Virus record (IMG/VR): IMGVR_UViG_3300032282_004138
Location: 1-57,180 of that record
DNA from: a virus
Lineage: Duplodnaviria; Caudoviricetes
DNA: 57,180 nucleotides
Strand: one strand, 5' to 3'
Shown here: positions 20,114 through 29,461 of the stretch, piece by piece
How positions within the stretch are numbered: the first letter of the stretch is position 1
How the letters are laid out: each line of letters starts with the position of its first letter
Notes under the pieces: model-generated
What the model saw: only the letters and a program-made list of their open reading frames with translations
Databases searched by the model: none
Told to the model about the DNA's origin: nothing
Made by a program: the position numbers and the translations under genes

Positions 20114-20554
20114 TTATGTTGTTTGTGTAACGTTATAATATCCGTTTCTATATTCTATTAATCCTTGTAATGTTGTTATCTCCGACAACCTAGATTGTCT
20201 CTCAAAGATAGCTACATTCATTCTTTCTATAAATAGCTCGTTATTAACTTTTGGTGGGAAAACTAATCCCATTTTAGCTTCTTCTTTTATATCAAAAGTA
20301 TTTTGTTTGTTTGGAAAAACAATATAAGGTTCAAAGTCATAACCTGAATAGTATGTAAAAAAAGTTGTCACTAAACTAGGTAGTTGTGTAACATAGTTTA
20401 CACTATCAATTGTATATGAAACCGAAGTTATTCCAGTTAAATTTGTTGGATCGTAGGTGATATTTGTCACCCCATTGACACCAATTTGATATGGGTTTGT
20501 GAGACTATATGTTCTTACTAAATCTAATTTATTTGAAGTAAATCCTGTTATCAT
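20114..20554 (-). CDS. Virion structural protein (baseplate region)
   Basis: 146 aa within the coupled operon. Confidence 0.5.
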   Translation of the reverse strand: MITGFTSNKLDLVRTYSLTNPYQIGVNGVTNITYDPTNLTGITSVSYTIDSVNYVTQLPSLVTTFFTYYSGYDFEPYIVFPNKQNTFDIKEEAKMGLVFPPKVNNELFIERMNVAIFERQSRLSEITTLQGLIEYRNGYYNVTQTT

Positions 20555-20555
20555 A

Positions 20556-22490
20556 TTATACGTTCATTGATGAAGTTATTGTACAACCGTTAGCGTCTAC
20601 CACTTTAACAGTTAAGAATTGATATCCTACTCCTCCCATGTAAGTACAGAAAGGATTAGATACAATACCGTTACCCCAAGCAACGTTTGCCGGAGTCATA
20701 GTCCACGTTATATTATATGGTGTTACCCCACCATTAACACCTACTATAGCCTGTAAACAAGGTCCAACATTGAGACCTGTACAAGCCGGTGTACATCCTG
20801 ACATAATATTGATTATATCAATATTAGTTGTATATGGAGCTAAAGGTCCACTAGTAATTGTGTTACTACCAACAAAGCTTAATGGCATTGGTGGTTGTGT
20901 TAATGTGACAGTTGTTGTTGCAGAACAGTTTAGATAGAAAGGAACTGGTCCTCCAGCGGTCGCTGAATCGACAACAGTTATGGTATGATTACCCGCGTTT
21001 ACGTTTGTTAATGTTACAGTTCCAGGTCCAACAGCAGTTGTTTTTAATACACCATCAACATAATACTTCATACTATTAGATGGTACAGAATATGTGGTTG
21101 CATCTGATGTATAACTAGATGTAACGGTAATAGCTGTTGTAGCACTAAAACAACGTATATTGTAACCATTGAATGTAGGTGGTGTTGCCACACTTACACC
21201 TAATAAAGGTCTTTGTTTTATAGTAACAGTTTGTGTAGGTCCTGTACAATTAATATTATCATGTATTGTCATTGTATAAGTACCAGTAGGTAAATTATTT
21301 AAAGTAATAGGTCCGGTCAATGTTTGAGTAGAACCAGGATAGCCTCCACTTGATGAAGAAATGTTAACCGTATAAGGTGAAACTCCCCCGCTTGGTGTCA
21401 ATGTGATAATACCTGTTGAACTATCGTAACAACCTGAGTCTTTATATGTTACACCTAAATTAACTGCGATTGGTTGTGTTATAGATACAGGTAAATTTAT
21501 AATGTTACCAACATTGTCTGATATTTGTACATTATAACAAGGTGATGAACCAGGACAAGCCAATAAATTATTAAATGTTGCTCCAGCGGTACTACCAGTG
21601 ATTGTTTGTGGTGTTGGTCCTGTTAAAATATAATTATATCCATTAGGGTGTACACCTCCAGATGCCGCAACACTAATAGAACCTGTATTACCACCTGCAC
21701 AACTAACATTAGTTGTTGTTAATACACTACCTGAAATTGGTTGTGGTTCTGTTATAGTAAATAATCCCGAAACAACAGTACTACTAGCGTCAATAACTTG
21801 TACATTGTAAGTACCGGCACAAAGATTTGTAACACTTGTTGTTGATGAGTTTGTTCCCGGTAACACATTACTTGTATTACCTGAATACCATAGGTATGTA
21901 TAAGGTGGTTGACCCCCTTGGATTGTCACATTTGCACTACCATTACACCCACCAGGTGTTGTTACATTAGTTTGTGAATTATTAGAATTTAATGACAAAT
22001 TTAAGCTTTGAGGTTGTTGTAGATAATAAGTACCATAACTAATGTCACAATTACTATCTGTTATTTTTACCGTATATAGTCCAGCGGCAAGGTTATTCAT
22101 ACCAGCTGTTAAATTGGTTGATGTGAAACCTCCAGGTCCAGTCCATTGAACAGTTGTTGGGCTAGCTACAAAAGCACACCCAGAAACATTTGCCGTTAAA
22201 GTACCGTTATTAGCATTAAAATAAGTTATAGGTGTGGATGTAAAATTAATAGTACAGTTATTTAAAATTAAACAAGGTTTTTGATAAGCGGTTCCCGTGT
22301 TACCTGTTAAATCCCAAACACCAGATAAATTAACAATTTCATAAACTGGATTGTCAGTATCAGTATATATACCAATATCTTCAAAATTTTGTGTCAATAA
22401 AAATGGGAAATATAAAGTGGTAGCAGTAACAACTAAATTTTCAGTTCTACCAAAATCTTCATAACCAACTTTTCTTTTATATATTTCCAT
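20556..22490 (-). CDS. SprB-repeat adhesin-like virion protein
   Basis: Repeats such as TITEPQPISGSVLTTTNVSCAGGNTGSISVAASGG, GGQPPYTYLW, NLCAGTYNVQVIDA, VKVVDANGCT are characteristic of Bacteroidota SprB repeats. Confidence 0.8.
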   Translation of the reverse strand: MEIYKRKVGYEDFGRTENLVVTATTLYFPFLLTQNFEDIGIYTDTDNPVYEIVNLSGVWDLTGNTGTAYQKPCLILNNCTINFTSTPITYFNANNGTLTANVSGCAFVASPTTVQWTGPGGFTSTNLTAGMNNLAAGLYTVKITDSNCDISYGTYYLQQPQSLNLSLNSNNSQTNVTTPGGCNGSANVTIQGGQPPYTYLWYSGNTSNVLPGTNSSTTSVTNLCAGTYNVQVIDASSTVVSGLFTITEPQPISGSVLTTTNVSCAGGNTGSISVAASGGVHPNGYNYILTGPTPQTITGSTAGATFNNLLACPGSSPCYNVQISDNVGNIINLPVSITQPIAVNLGVTYKDSGCYDSSTGIITLTPSGGVSPYTVNISSSSGGYPGSTQTLTGPITLNNLPTGTYTMTIHDNINCTGPTQTVTIKQRPLLGVSVATPPTFNGYNIRCFSATTAITVTSSYTSDATTYSVPSNSMKYYVDGVLKTTAVGPGTVTLTNVNAGNHTITVVDSATAGGPVPFYLNCSATTTVTLTQPPMPLSFVGSNTITSGPLAPYTTNIDIINIMSGCTPACTGLNVGPCLQAIVGVNGGVTPYNITWTMTPANVAWGNGIVSNPFCTYMGGVGYQFLTVKVVDANGCTITSSMNV

Positions 22491-23317
22491 TATTGCATAA
22501 CAAGTTCAGATAGTGTTATTATCGTAGGTGTATTAGAACCAAAAGGTACTATGGGGTTAAAATTAAAATTACCGTTATTTAATTTAGGGTTTAATATATT
22601 AATACCACTTGTACGCCAATCTCTATTACTAGGGTTACTATAATCTGTCGGGGTTAAAGGTACTGTGGGTGAAGGAATTGGTGGTGCAGGGATGTTTATA
22701 AATTTAACTACTTTACCAGTTTTAGCATTAAAAAATCTAGCATCCATATAAACGGTTCTATTAGTATTATTTTTTACAAAAAAATCATCATTTCTTAACC
22801 AATATAATCTATTGAAAGGTATGACAGGTTTTTCAGTGGCATAAACATTTAAATCTTCAGTAAAAATTAAGTTATTTGTGTCACCACTATTTGTATCATA
22901 AAAATATAGTCTAAAAAAACTCTTTTTAAACCCATTTCTATTTTTATTTATATCTAAACTTGTAAAAGTTTGTGGGGTGTAAGATAAACTATAAGACGAA
23001 GTGGTATCATCCCAAAACCTAAATTGTAACAATAAACCCTGATTATTATTAACCAAAGGGTTATTGTAAATATATTTTGTTGTTTCAGCATCAAATGTGG
23101 GGTTGATGGCCTTTTCTCTTTCGGCTAAAACAATATCCATTAAATCTTCGCCGTAATCTACAGGGTAAAATTCAGTTACAATAGGTACTTGTATAAATTT
23201 ACTAGCAGTAGTTGCACTAATAGATACCGTTTGAGCAACGTTAGTTACACCACTAACCGTTATTGTTTGTGCAGTTATTGTTTTAAAATCGTTCCTTATC
23301 TGATATTTTATTAACAT
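22490..23317 (-). CDS. Virion structural protein (baseplate region)
   Basis: 275 aa overlapping both neighbours. Confidence 0.55.
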   Translation of the reverse strand: MLIKYQIRNDFKTITAQTITVSGVTNVAQTVSISATTASKFIQVPIVTEFYPVDYGEDLMDIVLAEREKAINPTFDAETTKYIYNNPLVNNNQGLLLQFRFWDDTTSSYSLSYTPQTFTSLDINKNRNGFKKSFFRLYFYDTNSGDTNNLIFTEDLNVYATEKPVIPFNRLYWLRNDDFFVKNNTNRTVYMDARFFNAKTGKVVKFINIPAPPIPSPTVPLTPTDYSNPSNRDWRTSGINILNPKLNNGNFNFNPIVPFGSNTPTIITLSELVMQ

Positions 23318-25188
23318 TCTTCTTTTATACTTTTTATATATCTTGCTGCTGATTGGTCTATTAAATCTGTAGGTTTTTGTCTCCTTACATATAAATTATA
23401 ATTAAAATAAATATAATGAGCCGTATTAAGAAAAGGGTAATCAACACCATTGTACCCCTCCTCAAAATAACCTTCAGTTAATAAATCTCTCCAAGCTATA
23501 GAACCGTCTGGGTATGTCTCATAATTTGTCGGTATATCTACTATAATTTCATTAGGTCCTGCCGTTTCTATATTTAAAGAATATTTTCTTAATTCTAATT
23601 TTTTAAACGGTTTATAATAATAACCCTCACCATCAGGGTTGGTATTAATACCAAATCTGTGTACAACTTCTGAAACTGTTCTTTCTAATAGTTCAGCTGA
23701 ATTATAATCAACAAAATCACCAACATATTTACTACCAGGTGTAGACACAATATCACCGTTAGAATTTACGCTCTCTACTCTTGATGTAGCTTTTTCAACA
23801 CTACCTATGCCAGTAGAATTATATTGTGATATTAATTCTATCGCACCACCACCTAAATAATTAGTGTTTATGGATTGATAATTATAATCCCAATCGGATG
23901 TTACATTTGACCATATATAAGGGTTTTTACCGGCTCTTTTTACTATAGTATAATATACTTCGGTTACAGGACCGTTTCTGTTGGTTACTAAATTTTTAAT
24001 ATCAATATCTTGATCGAATTGAAATAACCATGTGTCGTTGACAGAACCAATTGTAACATCGGAAGTATCAGGGTAAATATTGGAACTGTAGGAACAAGGG
24101 TATACACTGTATTCGTTTGAAGTTATAACCTCAAATTTTCTAACGTAATATTCTGATGGGGTACCGTCTAATTTTCTAAATGTTGGGTAAGGTGTTGAGT
24201 AATTAAAATTTGTGCCTTTAGTTACGGGTGATAATGAAGGACTAGTTCTAATAATAAACTGTGTTGAACCTGTACCACCAATAACATTATAAACTCTCCA
24301 TACACCATTTAATGAACCTGAAGCACCCATTCTTATATCGACAAAATCGTTGACTAATAGATTGTGTGGTGTAGGTGTTTTTATTCTAGCATATATTGGT
24401 TCATTTATTGCAAAAGAACCTGTCGTACTTCCACTTATATCAGTGGCAGTTGATAGTATAAAATTTGATGGTGAATTAAAACTTGTGTCGTCAGCAGAAG
24501 GTTGATACATTCTAACAAAATTACCTGTACCTAAAGGTATCATGGTTGGATCTATTATAACATCTAAAGTTAAATCCTTTTTAAGGTTATTTCCATCAAT
24601 GCCTAAGTTTTTAATTTTATAAACACCTTGTAAAGAATTATATGAAATATAACTATATAAATAAACATAATCATTTTCGGTTAAGTTATGATTTTGTACA
24701 CCACTTATTGTTAAATAATTATCATTATTTATAAGTGTGGTACCTAAATTTAAATACTGTAAACCACGATATGCTTGTGAACTTGCAACAACAGTACCAC
24801 CTGTTACTCTTGATGTTATATTAAAATTAAAATCTGAATCAGAAGGGTATGTTATTTGCATAACCCAATTACTTGGTGCAACAGGTGGGTTACCATAAAA
24901 CATTGGGCTCCATGCTGAATCATTATATTTTCCGTTTACATATGCAGTTGAGTTGGGTGACAAAACATTAGATGTATAAAGATTGAATTTCCCACTGAAC
25001 CTATATTTTTTAGAAGCTTCTCTTTCGTCTAAAAAAACTTGGTATTGGTTGACTATATCTATAATATCGTATTCAGTCAGGGGTTTAGTCTTTTCCTCCA
25101 ACCCTAACTGTATATTAGTATTAGTGTTTTGTGCTAGTTTATACCTAGCACTACCAATTAAATTTGTAAAACTATTTATATCCATCAT
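23311..25188 (-). CDS. Baseplate-associated protein with two HxLxxxDxVxI beta-barrel modules
   Basis: HNLTENDYVYL...LQGVYKI and HNLLVNDFVDI...LNGVWRV; directly follows the gp6-like gene. Confidence 0.6.
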   Translation of the reverse strand: MMDINSFTNLIGSARYKLAQNTNTNIQLGLEEKTKPLTEYDIIDIVNQYQVFLDEREASKKYRFSGKFNLYTSNVLSPNSTAYVNGKYNDSAWSPMFYGNPPVAPSNWVMQITYPSDSDFNFNITSRVTGGTVVASSQAYRGLQYLNLGTTLINNDNYLTISGVQNHNLTENDYVYLYSYISYNSLQGVYKIKNLGIDGNNLKKDLTLDVIIDPTMIPLGTGNFVRMYQPSADDTSFNSPSNFILSTATDISGSTTGSFAINEPIYARIKTPTPHNLLVNDFVDIRMGASGSLNGVWRVYNVIGGTGSTQFIIRTSPSLSPVTKGTNFNYSTPYPTFRKLDGTPSEYYVRKFEVITSNEYSVYPCSYSSNIYPDTSDVTIGSVNDTWLFQFDQDIDIKNLVTNRNGPVTEVYYTIVKRAGKNPYIWSNVTSDWDYNYQSINTNYLGGGAIELISQYNSTGIGSVEKATSRVESVNSNGDIVSTPGSKYVGDFVDYNSAELLERTVSEVVHRFGINTNPDGEGYYYKPFKKLELRKYSLNIETAGPNEIIVDIPTNYETYPDGSIAWRDLLTEGYFEEGYNGVDYPFLNTAHYIYFNYNLYVRRQKPTDLIDQSAARYIKSIKEEC

Positions 25189-27005
25189 TAAGATTTAGTT
25201 CTAACTTTAATATCACTACTTGGGAATTTAATTTCAAACATTGTGTCATACTCAGCAAACAACACATAATCAGATGTTAAATCAATTTCTCTTGTGATTT
25301 GGTCTGTATAAGCTTGTGATGTTGCATTAGCGGAATAGTTACCACCAACTTTATTAAAAATTTTAATATCAACAACGTTTAAGACACCTGCAACATTATT
25401 GACCGCCTCGACTAATTGAGCCATGAATATGTTTTGTCCCATTTGCCATTTTTTAATATCAAAATAGTCCTTAACCGTATTAATAGTATTATTAACAATT
25501 TCTCCTTGGTTGAATGCTTTATCTGTATATAAATCTATTTGAAATGCTAGATTAATTATTTTACCATCTCTAATTAAAACATAATCATTTATCATTCTAT
25601 AATCAGCTAACCATGTGGCCATATTTTCTTTTAAAGTGTTTGTTGATGAATTGTCTAACTTACCTGTGGAATCTAAACCTAAAATAGCAAACTCAACTTT
25701 GTTTTGATTCTCAGCAACTTGCATCCTAAAAGGAACACCAAATTTTCCTGGCATTTTAAAAATAGTTGCTACATAATCCTTAATAGTTACAGCTCTATTT
25801 TGTGACGCAAAATTATATTTTGTCATATATCTAACTTCTTCTATAGAAGGATCATCAGCACCACCAAAAGCTGGAACAGGATTATTAACTCTTAATGAAT
25901 TTCTAACCGCCTGATTATTTGTGGCTGTAGGTCCATTTATGACCATTTCAGTAAATCCAATTGAGTTTATAGTGTTAGACCCAATATTTGCTCCAGCTCC
26001 ACCACCAACACGATATCTAATAAATAAAGTTGTGTTAGGTTTAGGTATCTCACCCAAAGCCGTACTATTAAAAAAGTTAGCTATTTGTAAGATGTATTGG
26101 TCATTTGTATAACTTTGTAAATATTGTTTGTCAGAAAAACCAGAACCAAAGGTCATTTTACAAAAACCCGTATCTGTATATTCTTTAATAAACTTTCTTG
26201 TAACAGGCATCCATTTACCCGGCATTATACCACTGTTGTCTGTACTTCTTGTTGGGTCATCAATAAAAATTTTATCTTCCGCTAAAGAGTCTACTTCATA
26301 CCATCTTATATTAGGGTTAACAAATTCCGATGTTGTTGGGTTTGTATTGAATGTGGTGCCGTCTTTTGTTATAACCTGTTCAACTGAAACTACGTTGTTG
26401 TCTGGTAGGATAACTTCTAAAAAAGGTATCGAATCGTTTGGGCCTAAAACTTTTTTAAATACTTTTGTCACCCCATTACTAACAATTTCTCTTTTAACTA
26501 AAGTATAATTTGTAATTTGGTTATTAGCGTTTATAACAGGGATAATTAATCTGTTAGGTATACCTCCTGCGGAGTATGGTGAAGAAAAATCAATATCGTC
26601 TAAAGTTTCAAATGTTTGGCCTCCACCAACAACTTGAGCTCCAAATTTAATTATAGGTGCGTATCTAATATCAAATGTATCACCAAACACTGGGACAGTA
26701 ACAGAAAAATCCACTAAAGTGATAGAAGAACGTTTACCAGGTACTTTTAAACCTAAAGTTCTAGCTATATTCATAATAGACCTTCTTTCTTGAGCGTAGT
26801 CTATTTGAGTTTCGGTAAACATTCTATCAGTGTGGTACGATAACATGTCAGCCGTAGCAGCATTTAATTCAATTAACATTGTACCAATAGAAGCATCATT
26901 AAAGTCTTGATACAATTCTGGGTAAAAATGTTTTACATAATTTATTAATTCAGTTCTTACATCTAAGAAATTTCTCGCGAAGTAATTTATTTTTTTTTCT
27001 GCCAT
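25188..27005 (-). CDS. Baseplate wedge subunit (T4 gp6 / baseplate J-like)
   Basis: INYFARNFLDVRTEL...DFNDASIGTMLIEL, YRVGGG..ANIG, GGADDPSIEEVR, QNRAVTIKDY; follows gp25. Confidence 0.88.
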   Translation of the reverse strand: MAEKKINYFARNFLDVRTELINYVKHFYPELYQDFNDASIGTMLIELNAATADMLSYHTDRMFTETQIDYAQERRSIMNIARTLGLKVPGKRSSITLVDFSVTVPVFGDTFDIRYAPIIKFGAQVVGGGQTFETLDDIDFSSPYSAGGIPNRLIIPVINANNQITNYTLVKREIVSNGVTKVFKKVLGPNDSIPFLEVILPDNNVVSVEQVITKDGTTFNTNPTTSEFVNPNIRWYEVDSLAEDKIFIDDPTRSTDNSGIMPGKWMPVTRKFIKEYTDTGFCKMTFGSGFSDKQYLQSYTNDQYILQIANFFNSTALGEIPKPNTTLFIRYRVGGGAGANIGSNTINSIGFTEMVINGPTATNNQAVRNSLRVNNPVPAFGGADDPSIEEVRYMTKYNFASQNRAVTIKDYVATIFKMPGKFGVPFRMQVAENQNKVEFAILGLDSTGKLDNSSTNTLKENMATWLADYRMINDYVLIRDGKIINLAFQIDLYTDKAFNQGEIVNNTINTVKDYFDIKKWQMGQNIFMAQLVEAVNNVAGVLNVVDIKIFNKVGGNYSANATSQAYTDQITREIDLTSDYVLFAEYDTMFEIKFPSSDIKVRTKS

Positions 27006-27009
27006 AATT

Positions 27010-27396
27010 TTATAATTCTAGTACTACAAAGTCTGATGATTGTAACGCTGAAATAGTTACAACATAATCAATTTTAACGACTGTAGTGTGTATGTTATCC
27101 TCTGAGGGTGTAACTGTTAATTGGGTAACTTGTAAATTGGGTATAAATTCTTTGATTGCATTATTTATTTCTGTTCTGATAGCATTAGCGGATATCTCGT
27201 CGTTTGGTTCAAAAAGATATTGTCTTAGATTGGCCCCAAAACTTGGTAGGTACAATCTTTCTCCTTTGTTTGTTAATAATAAATGAACTAAATCTGATTT
27301 TATTGCCTGTTTGGCATCGGTATTCATTTTCAAAAACTTACCATCTGGGTCGTCTTGAAATGGAAATTGAATATTTATGTAATTTTTTTGTGCCAT
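27010..27396 (-). CDS. Baseplate wedge/sheath initiator, GPW/gp25 family
   Basis: IKSDLVHLLLTNKGERLYLPSFGANLRQYLFEP signature. Confidence 0.92.
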   Translation of the reverse strand: MAQKNYINIQFPFQDDPDGKFLKMNTDAKQAIKSDLVHLLLTNKGERLYLPSFGANLRQYLFEPNDEISANAIRTEINNAIKEFIPNLQVTQLTVTPSEDNIHTTVVKIDYVVTISALQSSDFVVLEL

Positions 27397-27402
27397 TGTA
27401 TC

Positions 27403-27412
27403 TATAAATATC
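27403..27412 (-). promoter_or_regulatory. Putative late promoter GATATTTATA
   Basis: 6 nt upstream of the gp25 ATG and just downstream of a terminator. Confidence 0.65.
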
Positions 27413-27468
27413 TATCCATGAAATTTACCACCAAAAAATAAAATCTAAAGTGTAAAGTTTATTGCATT

Positions 27469-27493
27469 AAAAAACCCTCCGAAGAGGGTTTTT
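27469..27493 (-). terminator. Intrinsic terminator after the RNR transcription unit
   Basis: aaaaaccctc-cgaa-gagggttttt perfect hairpin (TTCG loop on - strand) with U-tract. Confidence 0.85.
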
Positions 27494-27496
27494 ATT

Positions 27497-27580
27497 TTAT
27501 CCATTTTTTTTACGTATTTCGTACAAAGCCAACAATACTTGTTGTGTTAAAGTTATGTCAGGCCCCCATTTAATTTCCAT
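27497..27580 (-). CDS. Putative 27-aa small protein MEIKWGPDITLTQQVLLALYEIRKKNG
   Basis: Manual translation; exactly fills the gap between the RNR stop and the terminator. Confidence 0.55.
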   Translation of the reverse strand: MEIKWGPDITLTQQVLLALYEIRKKNG

Positions 27581-27586
27581 ACGTAA

Positions 27587-29446
27587 TTATTTAATTTCAC
27601 AAGCTCCGTTTGAACAGGCCAATTCACCACTTAAATTAGTATCGTCATCTAATTCAATGATTTTTGTTAAATCAACATCTTTCAAACTTTTCATTAAGTT
27701 ATCGTATGTTTCTTTTGTACAATCTTCAAAAGGTGCTTGAGTGTAAGTTCCACCGTCATAAGGTAATACCGAAAGACCATTATAAGAATCTTTATTTTCC
27801 CACATCCAATCACCAACTAATTCCCATTCATTTTCTTTAACCGAAATTGTTGCTGATACGTTATGTGTGTTTGAACCACCTCTATGCCCTGCTTTAACCC
27901 ATTCTGTAGAAACTTTTTTTACACGTTCCAATAATTGGAATACTGATTCTGTTCTCATAATAGCTCCTTCAGGTGCCTTTTGTGGAATAGAAATTACTGC
28001 TGTATCATGTGGACGGAAATATTCATCTTCAACTAATTCAGGGTGATAGATTGAAAGGTATGTGTAAATGGCCTCATTCTTACCAACACGAATACGACGA
28101 ATGTAATAGTCATTATGCCAAGCGTGAATACCTGATGAAGTTCCTAAAACTAATGAAGAAGTTCCTGAAGGTTTAACCGTAGAAGTTCTTGCTGCTTTGT
28201 TAATACCTAATAAACCAGCTACTCTTTCGTTTTCTTCTTTTACCGCTTTAGCTCCTTTTTTCATGTCATAACCTAATACAACACCAGACCCAATACCAGT
28301 CATTCCTACACCAATTAAGGCATCTTTTTCAGTTGTACGTTTCCATACATCACGAAGATAATGAAAGTCTGTATAACCTGCCTGAAGAGTTCCAATGAAA
28401 GATGCTGCTTTAACTCTTTCTTCAAAATCTTCTTGGGAAGTAATATCAGATGCATTAACTTCACAAAGATTACAGAATTGGTATGGTCTTAACCCAATTT
28501 CACAACAAGGATTAGTTCCCCAATCTTTATCATTAGAAAGGTAAATACCAGGTTCACCAGCTCCAGATAATTCAATACGTTTCCATAAATCCATAAAGTA
28601 TTCTTTAGTAACTTTATGTCTCATTAATACGGCTGAGTTATTAGCTCTACCTCTTTGTGCATTTAATTCCCACCAATTTCCTGATTTACAAGAAATCATT
28701 TCATCATCGTCAGCAGAAAACAAGCTAATAAGAGCTGCTCTACGAATACCACCTGCAAGTACTGCATCTGCGATATAACAAACAATGTCATGTACTTCAA
28801 TCGGTTTAAGTTTGTCACCATCTTCTTTGTTATCTAATACTTTTTTAATGTTATGTAAACAATCTTTTAAAGGTTGAGGTCCTGGGGCTTTACCACCTGA
28901 AGTAACTAAACGAGCTCCTTTTGGACGAATATCGGAAAAATCAAAAATAGGTGTTGATGACTTGGCTCCAAAATAAGACTCTAATAATACTTTGATTGAA
29001 TCAGCCCATCCTTCGATAGAGTCACCAATTAAATATCTTCTTGTTCTATTTGAACTTGGTTTTTTGATTTCAGGTAATTTTTCTACGTGGTGTTTTTGAA
29101 CTGAGTATCCAACTCCAGTCCCACCTAACAATAAGAACATTGCTTCAGAAAAAGAATCTACGTGGTCAATTGGCATATAAGCGCAATTGTAAATTCTGTT
29201 TGGAGAAATTTCGATGGGTTTACCACCAAACTGTAAACTTCTCATTGAAGGTAAAACTTTCTTGTCATAAACAAGTTTGTAAACCTTTTCAATTTCTTCT
29301 TTTAATTGTGGGAATTTCTTTTGGTGCATCTCTTTGTTTCTTGTCACCAATTCTTCCCATGTTTCCCTACGATTTAATTCGGGGATATATTTTGCGTACT
29401 TCATATAGACAGTAATGTCCGAAAGTAATTTACTCGACAATTCCAT
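27587..29446 (-). CDS. nrdJ: Class II (adenosylcobalamin-dependent) ribonucleotide reductase, monomeric RTPR type
   Basis: LPSMRSLQFGG, YNCAY, GGIRRAA, TNPCCEI, TVKPSGT and C-terminal ACSNGACEI redox pair. Confidence 0.95.
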   Translation of the reverse strand: MELSSKLLSDITVYMKYAKYIPELNRRETWEELVTRNKEMHQKKFPQLKEEIEKVYKLVYDKKVLPSMRSLQFGGKPIEISPNRIYNCAYMPIDHVDSFSEAMFLLLGGTGVGYSVQKHHVEKLPEIKKPSSNRTRRYLIGDSIEGWADSIKVLLESYFGAKSSTPIFDFSDIRPKGARLVTSGGKAPGPQPLKDCLHNIKKVLDNKEDGDKLKPIEVHDIVCYIADAVLAGGIRRAALISLFSADDDEMISCKSGNWWELNAQRGRANNSAVLMRHKVTKEYFMDLWKRIELSGAGEPGIYLSNDKDWGTNPCCEIGLRPYQFCNLCEVNASDITSQEDFEERVKAASFIGTLQAGYTDFHYLRDVWKRTTEKDALIGVGMTGIGSGVVLGYDMKKGAKAVKEENERVAGLLGINKAARTSTVKPSGTSSLVLGTSSGIHAWHNDYYIRRIRVGKNEAIYTYLSIYHPELVEDEYFRPHDTAVISIPQKAPEGAIMRTESVFQLLERVKKVSTEWVKAGHRGGSNTHNVSATISVKENEWELVGDWMWENKDSYNGLSVLPYDGGTYTQAPFEDCTKETYDNLMKSLKDVDLTKIIELDDDTNLSGELACSNGACEIK

Positions 29447-29461
29447 GTTTAAAAATTTTTA

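Noticed and set aside
6909-22490. Eukaryotic or giant-virus origin of the Cys-rich proteins
   Set aside because: Genes are coupled by TAATG overlaps in an operon with gp25/gp6 and carry bacterial-type domains.
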